A stretch of 64,000 nt of DNA from NCBI GenBank assembly GCA_963735215.1, contig CAVTKF010000015.1, positions 572,294-636,293 of the forward strand. The letters run 5' to 3'. The first letter of the stretch is position 1. Every line of letters starts with the position of its first letter. Below, piece after piece: positions 45,784 to 54,653 of this stretch. The stretch is from an uncultured Acidobacteriaceae bacterium. Lineage in GTDB: Bacteria > Acidobacteriota > Terriglobia > Terriglobales > Acidobacteriaceae. Both the position numbers and the translations under genes were made by a program. The notes under the pieces are model-generated. The model saw only the letters and a program-made list of their open reading frames with translations, was not told the origin of the DNA and searched no databases.

Positions 45784-47853
45784 ATGATCAAGCGATCTGG
45801 TGGTGCTGCGGTGCTTCTGTTTTGCGCCGTGCTTTCTCTGCCAAGAGATTCCGTTGCTTCCGATTGGCAACTGATCGGGCCGGAGGGAGGGAATGCGCGG
45901 AGCCTCGCGTACGACCCGGGCAATCCGAAGCACATCCTGCTTGGCACCAGCACTGGACAACTCTTCACATCCAACGACGGCGGTGATTCCTGGGAACTGC
46001 AGACTCACTTTGGCCCGGCCGAAGACTACGTCATCGACCACATCGTCTTCGATCCCACTCACCCGACAACCGTTTACGCAGCCGGGTGGGGACTGTTCCA
46101 CGACACCGAAGGTGACGTTTTTCGCTCGGACGACAGCGGCCGCACCTGGCGAACATTGGAGGGGGTACGCGGCAAGTCGATTCGTGCCCTCGCAATGGCG
46201 CCCAGTGATCACAACACGCTTGTCATCGGCGCGCTCGATGGAGTATTCCGATCGCGCGATGGCGGAACGACCTGGAAGCGCATGACGCCTGAAGACCCGC
46301 CGGTGATGGAAAACCACTCCTCGATGAAGAACTTTGTTTCCGTCGCGGTAGATCCGCAAGACCCTGACATCGTCTATGCCGGCACCAGGCATTTGGCATG
46401 GAAGACGACGGACGGAGGATTGCACTGGCACAATACGGCGGAGGGAATGCAGGATGATTCCGATGTATTCAGCATTATCGTTGACTCCAAGACTCCGTCG
46501 CTGGTGTATGCAGGCGCATGCTCAGGCATTTACGAGAGCGACAACGCCGCCGAAATGTTTCACCGGGTTGAAGGGCTTCCGAGCACCGCAATGCGCACCA
46601 GGGTATTGAAGCAGGACCATGAGCGCCCTTCGATCATTTATGCCGGCACTACCGGCGGACTCTGGAAAACTCTGGATGGCGGCGCGAAGTGGTCGCTGGT
46701 GTCATCGGCTGATGTCGTTGTAAATGATGTGCTGATTGATCCGCGCTTCCCGGACCGGATACTACTGGCAACCGATCTCCAGGGAATCCTCGCCAGCGAT
46801 GACGGCTTCGCACATTACACAACGTCGAATCGCGGATTCTCCCTTCGCGTCGTGGGCGGTATGGTCGTGGACCGCGAAGATCCCGATCGTCTTTTCGTTG
46901 GTGTGGCCAATGACAGCAAGATGGGCGGCGTATTTTTCTCGGCAAATGCTGGAAAGACATGGTGGCAGTCCAGCAGTGGCCTCGCCGATCGCAACATCCT
47001 GAGCTTGCAACAGGGCTACGACGGAGTGCTTTTCGCGGGCACGAACAACGGGATCTTCTCTCTGGCATCCCTTGGCGACTCCTGGCGGGCTGCGAGCATG
47101 ATCCGGGGAACTGTGCCGCAATGGCGATCGAGAGAACAACAGGTAGCTGGCTCTGGGAAAAGAACCTCCACGTCCACATCCACCGATCCGGCTGATCCAG
47201 ATATTCCTGAGATCGTGGCGCCTCGCGTGCGCTCTCTTGGCATCGGAGAGAAAGCTTCGTATGCAGCCACGAGCGAAGGTCTCTTCATCAGCATGGATCA
47301 TGGAAGGAACTGGTACGGTCGATCTGTTGAGGGAGAGCGCGACTTCATTGCAGTGAATTTGTATGAGGGTGGAACATTAACGCTGGTCGGTTACAAGGGG
47401 GTCTATCTCTCTCGCGATTGGGGTAGGACCTGGATTTCCATTGCAGTTCCCCAACAGATCGGTGACGTGTACAACCTGACCCTGGTTCCCGATTCTTCTC
47501 TGTGGCTCGGAACAAGTGCGGGCGCACTCCAGTCGACCGACGACGGCAAGACCTGGCGGCACAGGCACGGTGGTCTTCCCGAGAAAGATGTTCTGGCTGT
47601 CCGTTATGACGCGAGTGGTAGACGGCTGTTAGCGACCGCACTCCATGAATCTGCTGTTTTTGAGAGCGAGGACAACGGAGAGACATGGCAGAAGACGCCG
47701 AATGCTCTCGACTCCATCCTCTGGGCTACCAGCTACCAGGGTCGTTTGCTTGCCGTGTCTTCCGACAACGGGCTCTTTCTTGAACAAGGTGGAGAGCCCG
47801 CCGCCAGCGAGATCGGTGTTTCAACTGCCGGAACAGCAGACCACCAAAAGTGA
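45784..47853 (+). CDS. secreted BNR/Asp-box repeat beta-propeller protein (GH74/sortilin/Ycf48-like architecture)
   Basis: Signal 'MIKRSGGAAVLLFCAVLSLPRDSVA'. About ten Asp-boxes (S/T-x-D-x-G-x-T/S-W): 'SNDGGDSW', 'SDDSGRTW', 'SRDGGTTW', 'TTDGGLHW', 'TLDGGAKW', 'SANAGKTW', 'SMDHGRNW', 'SRDWGRTW', 'STDDGKTW', 'SEDNGETW'. The listed ORF start 45748 (TTG) is an upstream extension. Confidence 0.75.
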   Translation: MIKRSGGAAVLLFCAVLSLPRDSVASDWQLIGPEGGNARSLAYDPGNPKHILLGTSTGQLFTSNDGGDSWELQTHFGPAEDYVIDHIVFDPTHPTTVYAAGWGLFHDTEGDVFRSDDSGRTWRTLEGVRGKSIRALAMAPSDHNTLVIGALDGVFRSRDGGTTWKRMTPEDPPVMENHSSMKNFVSVAVDPQDPDIVYAGTRHLAWKTTDGGLHWHNTAEGMQDDSDVFSIIVDSKTPSLVYAGACSGIYESDNAAEMFHRVEGLPSTAMRTRVLKQDHERPSIIYAGTTGGLWKTLDGGAKWSLVSSADVVVNDVLIDPRFPDRILLATDLQGILASDDGFAHYTTSNRGFSLRVVGGMVVDREDPDRLFVGVANDSKMGGVFFSANAGKTWWQSSSGLADRNILSLQQGYDGVLFAGTNNGIFSLASLGDSWRAASMIRGTVPQWRSREQQVAGSGKRTSTSTSTDPADPDIPEIVAPRVRSLGIGEKASYAATSEGLFISMDHGRNWYGRSVEGERDFIAVNLYEGGTLTLVGYKGVYLSRDWGRTWISIAVPQQIGDVYNLTLVPDSSLWLGTSAGALQSTDDGKTWRHRHGGLPEKDVLAVRYDASGRRLLATALHESAVFESEDNGETWQKTPNALDSILWATSYQGRLLAVSSDNGLFLEQGGEPAASEIGVSTAGTADHQK

Positions 47854-48079
47854 GCTCTGCCCTCGCTGACTGATGTCCCGTCCCTTATTTACGACGAGCC
47901 GGTTCTAGCTTTCATGCCAGTGGATCGACAAAAACGATTGCGCTCTACCGTAATTATTCGGTGAGCAATTTCTGTAGTTTTCCGACTGCCCAAGCCGGAA
48001 TGTGAACGCTAGTATCACTCTGAGAAGGGGCGGGATCATTCGCCAATGCCGGATGCAGTTCAAATAGGAGAGGTAAAGT

Positions 48080-49216
48080 ATGCCATCGAATCTTCTGGAA
48101 ACGGTCAATAGCTATCTGACGCCTGACGTGATCAGCAAGGCCAGCGGGTTTCTCGGAGAGAATCCTGCCAACACGTCGAAGGCGATGAGTGGCATCGTTC
48201 CAACCCTGCTCTCCAGTGTTGCGCATATGTCGTCTCAGCCCGGAGGCGCCGCGCAACTTGAGGGTCTTTTGAGCAGCGGTGGTCATGACGGAAGCATTCT
48301 CGGCAATCTGTCAAACGTGTTTGGAGGCGGCAGCTCCACGACCTCTGCCATCGGGCAGGGAGAGAAGATCCTGGGCAGTTTGCTCGGCAACAATACCAGC
48401 TCGGTCACTTCATCCATCGCAGGTTTCAGCGGCATTGGAAGGGGTTCCGCATCGTCCCTGCTGGCGCTCGCCGCACCGTTCATTTTGGGCGTGATCGCAA
48501 AGATCAAGTCCACACAAGGACTAAGTACGAGTGGTCTGGCAAGTTTGCTAAGCAGCAACAAAACATCCTTCGCGTCCGCGATACCTCCGGCTCTCACTGG
48601 CGCTGTTCACACTCCAGGAGTTGAGGGAGTGCGTTCGGTTACGGTCGCCCCGATCGTGGAGAGGGCAAAGCCGTTTCCGTGGATGCCGGTCGCGCTGGGT
48701 GCTTTGGCACTGCTGGCCCTGTTGGCGTTCTTACTCAGAGGCCGTCATGAACCGCAGGTGGCGGGCCTGGCAGAGGTCAAACTTTGCGGCGGCCAAACCA
48801 TCTCGCTGAACAGGGATTCGTTCAACTGGAATCTGGCTAACTTCCTCGCCAACGGGAATGATTCCGAAGTGCCGAAGACCTTTGTCTTTGACAACCTGAA
48901 TTTCGATACCAACTCGACCAACCTGACTCCAGCATCGCAGAAGACTGTGAATGACCTGGTCGCCATTCTGAAAGCTTGTCCGAATGCGCAGGCTCAACTT
49001 GCCGGTCATACGGACAATACGGGGGATGCAGCTGCCAATCAGGGTCTGTCGGAGCAGCGCGCCGCCGCGATCAGGAATCAGCTTGTCGCGGCCGGTATCG
49101 CACCAGACCGCCTGACAACTGCAGGTTACGGTGAAAGCAAGCCAGTGGCCTCTAACGATACCGAGGAGGGCAAAGCCCGCAATCGTCGCACTGAACTGAC
49201 TGTGACCAAGCGGTAA
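48080..49216 (+). CDS. DUF937 domain - TM - OmpA/MotB C-terminal peptidoglycan-binding domain protein
   Basis: N-terminus 'LLETVNSYLTPDVISKASGFLGENPANTSKAMSGIVPTLL' is DUF937-like. TM 'FPWMPVALGALALLALLAFLL'. Canonical OmpA_C 'FDTNSTNLTP...LAGHTDNTGDAAANQGLSEQRAAAIRNQLVAAGIAPDRLTTAGYGESKPV...NRRTEL'. RBS GGAGAGG upstream. Confidence 0.85.
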   Translation: MPSNLLETVNSYLTPDVISKASGFLGENPANTSKAMSGIVPTLLSSVAHMSSQPGGAAQLEGLLSSGGHDGSILGNLSNVFGGGSSTTSAIGQGEKILGSLLGNNTSSVTSSIAGFSGIGRGSASSLLALAAPFILGVIAKIKSTQGLSTSGLASLLSSNKTSFASAIPPALTGAVHTPGVEGVRSVTVAPIVERAKPFPWMPVALGALALLALLAFLLRGRHEPQVAGLAEVKLCGGQTISLNRDSFNWNLANFLANGNDSEVPKTFVFDNLNFDTNSTNLTPASQKTVNDLVAILKACPNAQAQLAGHTDNTGDAAANQGLSEQRAAAIRNQLVAAGIAPDRLTTAGYGESKPVASNDTEEGKARNRRTELTVTKR

Positions 49217-49609
49217 GCCTTCCGAACTCGACTCCGAGTACGGCGCCGCCGATTTGGCCCGATTCTCTCTGAACTCCATTCCCATGAAGTGGAGGCACGG
49301 ATCCCTTGCCCTGGCGGGTTATGCCGGGCCCCGATCCGTGGCTCTACGATGCTTCCGCTCCTGTTTAAGCAGCTCTCGGCGGCCGTTGGGATATTCGAAA
49401 AGTTGCTCGGCGCAAGCCGTAGTTCTACGGTGATCTTAGTAAGTAGTTTTCCGAATACATTTGAATTCAGCATCGACTTATCCTTCGAGAATGGACAAGC
49501 AACAACGATGTTGCGCACATCCACACTTCGCCAGACCTTGAGTGGGAAGCCGATCAAATCTGCCGGCTCGAGTTTGGTGAGCAAAACGCCATTTAACCGT
49601 AGGTAGTTT

Positions 49610-49843
49610 ATGGCCCCTGAGCAGTCGAAGAGTCCTGAATTGAGGGTGCGTAGGCTGGTAGAACTGCGATGGCAGCGAGAAGTTATCACGCGCTGGCTGG
49701 CCGGCTTTGGATCCCCGGCAGAGTCTCGATCGCAGCTTGAAGAAATGCTCGCCCAGGTGAATGCTGAACTGGAGGCACTGGAAGGAACACCCGCTCGGGA
49801 TCCAAACGCGGAACAGATCGACGAACGCGGACTCGATTCCTGA
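49610..49843 (+). CDS. possible small helical protein (77 aa), unsupported by homology
   Basis: Charged, helix-prone translation ('ELRVRRLVELRWQREVITRWL...QLEEMLAQVNAELEALEG'). No clear RBS. Lies in an otherwise unassigned 670-bp interval. Confidence 0.3.
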   Translation: MAPEQSKSPELRVRRLVELRWQREVITRWLAGFGSPAESRSQLEEMLAQVNAELEALEGTPARDPNAEQIDERGLDS

Positions 49844-49885
49844 GAGACTCTGTTACCCGATCCAATTCTCGAAAATCCGTCCAAG

Positions 49886-50551
49886 CTAAACGGCGGCGCC
49901 CAGTGGCCTCACCGTGATCAAGCCAATCTTGATTGCGTGTTGCACCAATTCAGCAGTAGTACGGATTCCAAGCACCGTCATCAGGTGGTATTTATAGGAC
50001 TCTGCGGTGCGGGTCGAGATGTTCAATTGAGAGGCAATCTCTTTCATGGTTTTTCCCTCAGCAACAAGCTGCAGCACCTCGCGTTGACGGGGGGTAAGTT
50101 GAGGAGCCGCCAGGTCAACCATGGGGCGCCGGGCCGCTTCAGCGAGAACGCTGACCAGGTCGCTGGGAAATTGAGGACTTAAGTAGCACCCTCCGCCGAG
50201 CACCACATTAATGGCTTCCTTCAAGTCGTCGCTACTGGCCGTCTTTAAGACAAAGGCCGAGGCTCCCGCTCGAAATACAAGGACTGCAAGACTTATATCC
50301 ACTTGCATCGTCAGAAAGATGAACTTGCTGCGCACGCCCATGCCAATGAGAGTATGCACGGCATCGAGGCCATTCATCTGCGGCATCGATAGATCGGTGA
50401 GAACCAGAGTCGGCTTGTACTGTATGGCCATCTCAACGAGTTCTTTGCCGTTTGTGGCAATGTCAACAATGGTGTAGGACGGGCTCAACAGCGAGCGCAG
50501 ACTCTCTGCAAGCAGTTGTTGGTCATCGGCGATAAGGACAGTGGGTCGCAT
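49886..50551 (-). CDS. NarL/FixJ (LuxR-type HTH) response regulator, no cognate kinase adjacent
   Basis: 'MRPTVLIADDQQLLAESL...LVLTDLSMPQMNG...LKTAS' is the receiver. 'LTPRQREVLQLVAEGKTMKEIASQLNISTRTAESYKYHLMTVLG' is the LuxR HTH. Start set at the ATG whose complement is CAT at 50549-50551; the listed ORF extends 72 codons further upstream. Confidence 0.9.
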   Translation of the reverse strand: MRPTVLIADDQQLLAESLRSLLSPSYTIVDIATNGKELVEMAIQYKPTLVLTDLSMPQMNGLDAVHTLIGMGVRSKFIFLTMQVDISLAVLVFRAGASAFVLKTASSDDLKEAINVVLGGGCYLSPQFPSDLVSVLAEAARRPMVDLAAPQLTPRQREVLQLVAEGKTMKEIASQLNISTRTAESYKYHLMTVLGIRTTAELVQHAIKIGLITVRPLGAAV

Positions 50552-51035
50552 TGGTTGACTCGTTGGCGACGAATCGCAACTGTTGCAGAACCTTTGATTC
50601 ACGATCGCGGAGGTCGCCCATGGGGAGGTATTGCGCCCCAATTGTCCCAGCATCATACCCGACTTTCTGCCTGGTTTACTACGGTAGTTTTGACGGTTGC
50701 AAGTCTTCACATGAGCGCGTATTCTCCCGCGAATCCCTGCCAGGCAGCCAGACGTCGTTGCCAACAATCTGTGTCGTTGGGTGCCCAGGCCCTCAGTGGA
50801 GATTGGTGTGAAAAATCACGATCGGAAGGGCCTTTTCTCTTCGACAGGTCCTTAACATCCGCTAAAGGCTTCTTAAAATACGCAAAAACGTGCCAAACTT
50901 CGGCATTTGTCGTCGAAATTCAAAGATTGACTTTTCGATACCTTCGCTTCGTATCCTAAAAGCCTCCTTTACAGGGTGAGGCTGTGATGCAGTAAAACCG
51001 CGAATCATATAGCAGGAAAGAGTGAAGTCCAAAGT

Positions 51036-51713
51036 GTGAACTCCAAAATCGCAAAATCCTATCGTGCCAACCTCGAAGCCACCGGCACATCGCTGCGCTG
51101 GGTCATCGCGCGCGTGCCATTCGACCTGAAGAAAGCGTGGCCCATGTGGAAGAGCCGTCGCGTCACCGGAGAAATCAACGGTTTCGCCTTCAAAACCGCG
51201 CTGATCCCCGGCACAAAGGGACAGGGCCACGTCCTCATCGTCAATAAAAAAATGCAGGCCGGCGCTCGCGTTCGCGCAGGAGAACGTGCACTGATCAAGT
51301 TAGCGCCCGATCTCGGCGAACTCGTCATCGACCTGCCACCCGAATTCGCCAAGATCCTCAAGAGCGATCGCTCCCTGACGAAATGGTTCGACGCCATGAG
51401 CCCCTCCATGCGCAAAGGCTTCACCAACTTCATCGCCGATGCCAAATCCGCGGCGACACGTCAGAAGCGTGCCGAGGCCATGGCCGAAAGCCTGATGCTC
51501 GCGATGGAGGGTGAAGTGGAACCGCCGCCCATCCTGCGCGCTGCGTTTCAACTCCAACCCGAAGCACGGGGCGGCTGGGACTTGATGACTCCGACGCAGC
51601 GCAAGAATCAGCTGCTCGGCATCTTCTACCAGCAGACTGTCGAAGGCCGCGAACGCCGGGCAGCCAAAGCCATTGAAAGCTGTCTGGCCGTGGCGCGCCG
51701 CCGTCGCCCGTAG
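51036..51713 (+). CDS. DUF1905 plus YdeI/OmpD-associated domain protein
   Basis: 'RWVIARVPFDLKKAWPMWKSRRVTGEINGFAFKTALIPGTKGQGHVLIVNKKM' is DUF1905-like. 'PPEFAKILKSDRSLTKWFDAMSPSMRKGFTNFIADAKSAATRQKRAEAMAE' is YdeI-like. GTG start. Confidence 0.7.
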   Translation: MNSKIAKSYRANLEATGTSLRWVIARVPFDLKKAWPMWKSRRVTGEINGFAFKTALIPGTKGQGHVLIVNKKMQAGARVRAGERALIKLAPDLGELVIDLPPEFAKILKSDRSLTKWFDAMSPSMRKGFTNFIADAKSAATRQKRAEAMAESLMLAMEGEVEPPPILRAAFQLQPEARGGWDLMTPTQRKNQLLGIFYQQTVEGRERRAAKAIESCLAVARRRRP

Positions 51714-51738
51714 CCGTAGCGCAATCTACACTGGAGAC

Positions 51739-52542
51739 ATGGAAGTCCTCTACGGAGTGCACCCGGTCGCTGAAGCTCTCAAGGCTGGTCGTCGCCGCTT
51801 CGATCATGTCCTCGTCGCCGCCGAGCGCCACGACGAGCGCCTCGCGCGTCTCGTTGCCGATTGCAAACAGGCAGGCGTCCGCGTCCGCCAGGAACCGCGC
51901 GAGCACCTCACCCACCTCGCTGGCACACCGGCTCATCAGGGCGTTGTGGCTCTTGTGCGTCCGCGGGAAGCGCTGGCTATTGAAGACCTCTTCAGCGCGC
52001 CCGACACCTCGCTACCGCGCCTTCTTCTCGCGCTCGACGGCGTCGAAGATCCGCAGAATCTCGGCGCACTGCTGCGCGTCGCCGACGGCGCCGGGGTAGA
52101 CGGCGTTGTCCTTACCGAGCGCCGCGCGGCCCCGTTGAGTCCCGTCGCGGTCAAGGCCAGCGCCGGGGCTACCGAACATCTTCGCGTCGCACGCGTCGTC
52201 AACCTTGTCCGCGCGCTCGAAGAGTTGAAGGAGCAGAACATCTGGGTCATCGGTCTCGACGAACGCGGCACGACCGACTACGACCAGTTCGACCTCACCG
52301 GCGACTGTGTACTCGTTCTGGGCCGGGAAGGTGCCGGCCTCCACGACCTTGTCCGCCGAACCTGCGACCATCTGCTTCGCATCCCCATGGCAGGCGGAGT
52401 CAGTTCTCTGAATGTCTCTGCAGCCGGTGCCGTTGTCCTCTACGAGGCTGCACGCCAACGTCGCGCCGCTCGCCAGCCCGCGAGTGCTCGCGCATCGGGC
52501 GCCGGTGCGTCCAATAAGAAACAGAAAGGTTTAGGTTCATGA
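51739..52542 (+). CDS. rlmB: 23S rRNA (guanosine-2'-O-)-methyltransferase, SpoU/TrmH class (RlmB-like)
   Basis: 'MEVLYGVHPVAEALKAGRR...HQGVVALV...LDGVEDPQNLGALLRVADGAGVDGVVL...NIWVIGLD...LVLGREGAGL...IPMAGGVSSLNVSAAGAVVLYE'. ATG 51739 has GGAGA upstream; the listed start 51673 overlaps the previous gene. Confidence 0.85.
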   Translation: MEVLYGVHPVAEALKAGRRRFDHVLVAAERHDERLARLVADCKQAGVRVRQEPREHLTHLAGTPAHQGVVALVRPREALAIEDLFSAPDTSLPRLLLALDGVEDPQNLGALLRVADGAGVDGVVLTERRAAPLSPVAVKASAGATEHLRVARVVNLVRALEELKEQNIWVIGLDERGTTDYDQFDLTGDCVLVLGREGAGLHDLVRRTCDHLLRIPMAGGVSSLNVSAAGAVVLYEAARQRRAARQPASARASGAGASNKKQKGLGS

Positions 52543-54553
52543 AGTTGTCCCCCGCCCGGACGCTGGCCATCGCTTCGATCGCCGCGCTCCTGGTTGTTCT
52601 TCCCGGCAAATCCCAAACCACTCAAAGCACGAATCCTAGTGGCCCTCAGGCGAGCCAGTCTCGGCCGAACTCGTCTCAGACGAATCAGGAGCAACCTGCG
52701 CCGCCCTCACAGCCGGCTGGCAAGGTCATTTTTCAGCGATCCCTCGATGCCGATGGCAACACGATCAGCACCACCGGCCCCGCCGCCAAGCCGACCGCGC
52801 AGGCAACTGATCCCCAATCGGTGGAAGACTCCGTGCGTCAGTCCGTTGCCGTAACCGGTCTCGATCTCGACGTGCACCTCAATACTGCGGCGCAACAACT
52901 TGCGGCACGAGCGACCGTGACGATCCACAACACCGGCAAGTCCCCGCTGCCGCGCATTCCGCTCCAAATCTCCTCGTCACTGAATTGGGAGCGCATCCGC
53001 ATCGCCGGCCGTGACGTCTCCTTCCCGGTGGCAACCATCAACTCCGATTCCGACCACACCGGCCAACTTCACGAAGCCGTGGTACCGCTCGCTGAGCCGC
53101 TTGCCCCCGGCGCAACGCTTCAGACTCGACGTCACCTACTCCGGAACAGTCGCCGCAACCGCTCGCCGTCTTCTCTCCGTGGGAACACCAGAAGACTCAG
53201 CCGCCCACTCCGACTGGGATGAGATCAGCCCCGCGTTCACGGGCTTGCGCGGCTTTGGCAATGTTGTTTGGTACCCAGTCACGAGCGTCCCGGTTGTCAT
53301 TGGTGATGGAGCACGTCTTTTCGAAGAAATTGGCAGGCAGAAACTTCGCTCGTCCGGCACTAGCTTCCGTCTGCGCCTCACCGTGGAGTTTCCACACGGC
53401 CAGGCGCCCACCGTTGCCGCAGTCAATGGAAACATAATTCCGTTCAAGGTAATGGATCCGCAGAGCTTGAGCTCCGATGTGCCCGGCGTCGCAACCTCAG
53501 ATATGGGCCCGACCACGCTAAGTTTCGAATCGCCAAGCCTCTTTGTTGCCACCCAGACAGCCCATCCTGGAACCCACTTGACTGCTTACACCGTTCCTGA
53601 TGATGAATCCGCCGTGAAAAGCTGGCTGGCCGCCGCGACCAGTGTCTCTGGATTGATTGAACGCTGGCTCGGACCCAATCCGCGCACTCAGCTCACGGTG
53701 CTCGATCTCCCCGACCCTGAAGATTTGCCCTGGGAATCGGGTCCGTTGCTTGCCATTCCAGTACGCGACGCGCCTCCCGATCAGCTTTCGTCAGTCCTGT
53801 CGCATGCCCTGACCCACGCGTGGATGGCACCCAACCCGTATTGGCTCAACGAAGGCACGGCCAACTTCATGGGCACGCTGTGGGATGACCACCAACACCA
53901 TCGCGACCAGGCATTAGGTACGCTCGAAGCGGGCCGGCAGGCGTTGGCGCTCGCAGAACCACCAAATCCCGGCGAAGGGTTAGGCGAGCCTCTCGCGCGA
54001 GCCACCTCACCCGTCTATTACCGCACAAAAGCCGCTTATATCCTCTGGATGCTGCGCGATCTGGTTGGCGACGATGCGCTCGGGGCAGCTTTTCGGGCGT
54101 CGAACGCCGCTGCCGAAAAGGGGACTACAGGCGCAAACACCGATACACCGGAGTCGTTTCAGGCCGCTTTGAAGACCGCCGCACCCGGCAAGGACCTCAA
54201 CTGGCTCTTCGCCGACTGGGTCGATGCCGATCACGGCCTTCCCGATCTCACTATCGACAGGATCTTCCCCAACGCGGTGCAATCGGGCAACTGGCTGGTC
54301 TCCGTGACCATATCCAATTCCGGATACGTCTGCTGTGCAAGTGCCGGTCACCGTGCGCTCGGCAACCAATTCGACCACCGAGCGGGTGCTGGTGCCAGCA
54401 CATGGCACGGTCACACCGCGCGTCCTCGTTCAGGGCAAGCCTACCGAGGTCCAAGTCAACGACGGAACCATTCCCGAAACCCAGGCCAGCGTGCACATCC
54501 TGCATCTTGACCAGCAACCCGAATCTGAACCGACAGCCACCGCACCCCAATAG
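52539..54553 (+). pseudogene. secreted M1-like peptidase homologue with HALTH in place of HExxH, split by two frameshifts
   Basis: Three consecutive ORFs (52539..53222, 53011..54510, 54335..54553) join sensibly. The first junction is '...VVPLAEPLAPG / QRFRLDVTYSGTV...' near 53100-53125. The second is '...VSVTISNSGYV / SAVQVPVTVRSATN...' near 54320-54335. Motifs 'LSHALTHAWMAPNPYWLNEGTANFMG'. The ATG overlaps the rlmB stop (ATGA). Confidence 0.7.
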
Positions 54554-54565
54554 CTGGAAGCTCCT

Positions 54566-54592
54566 GGCGCCGGCGAGAGATCTCGACCGGCG
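54566..54592 (+). terminator. GC-rich hairpin after the M1-like gene (no U-tract)
   Basis: GCGCCGGCGAG-AGAT-CTCG(A)CCGGCGC: 11 bp with one bulge. Lies 13 nt after the stop at 54553. Confidence 0.3.
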
Positions 54593-54653
54593 CAGTTCTC
54601 CATCCAAAGACTGATGCGCGGTCGTACGGATAGTCAGTTACGATAACGAAACC

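Noticed and set aside
45712-46431. 239-aa minus-strand ORF
   Set aside because: It is antisense to the Asp-box propeller gene, has no motifs, and is a shadow ORF.
49126-49884. 252-aa minus-strand ORF spanning the unassigned interval
   Set aside because: The translation is Ser/Arg-rich and low-complexity. It overlaps the 3' end of the OmpA gene, and has no RBS or recognisable domain. The interval itself is reported as a finding.
50552-50767. 72-codon N-terminal extension of the NarL-type regulator ORF
   Set aside because: Receiver domains begin a few residues before the 'DD' pair. 'MRPTVLIADDQ' at 50551 is the natural start, and the extension is Arg/Ser/Cys-rich.
50927-50957. Sigma-70-like promoter TTGACT ... 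TATCCT upstream of the DUF1905 gene
   Set aside because: The spacer is 19 nt, which is too long for a confident call, and acidobacterial promoter consensus is uncertain. Not reported as a feature.
51673-51738. Upstream extension of the rlmB ORF, overlapping the DUF1905/YdeI gene
   Set aside because: RlmB/TrmH proteins start near 'xxLYGxHxVxEAL'. ATG 51739 with GGAGA upstream removes the 41-nt overlap.
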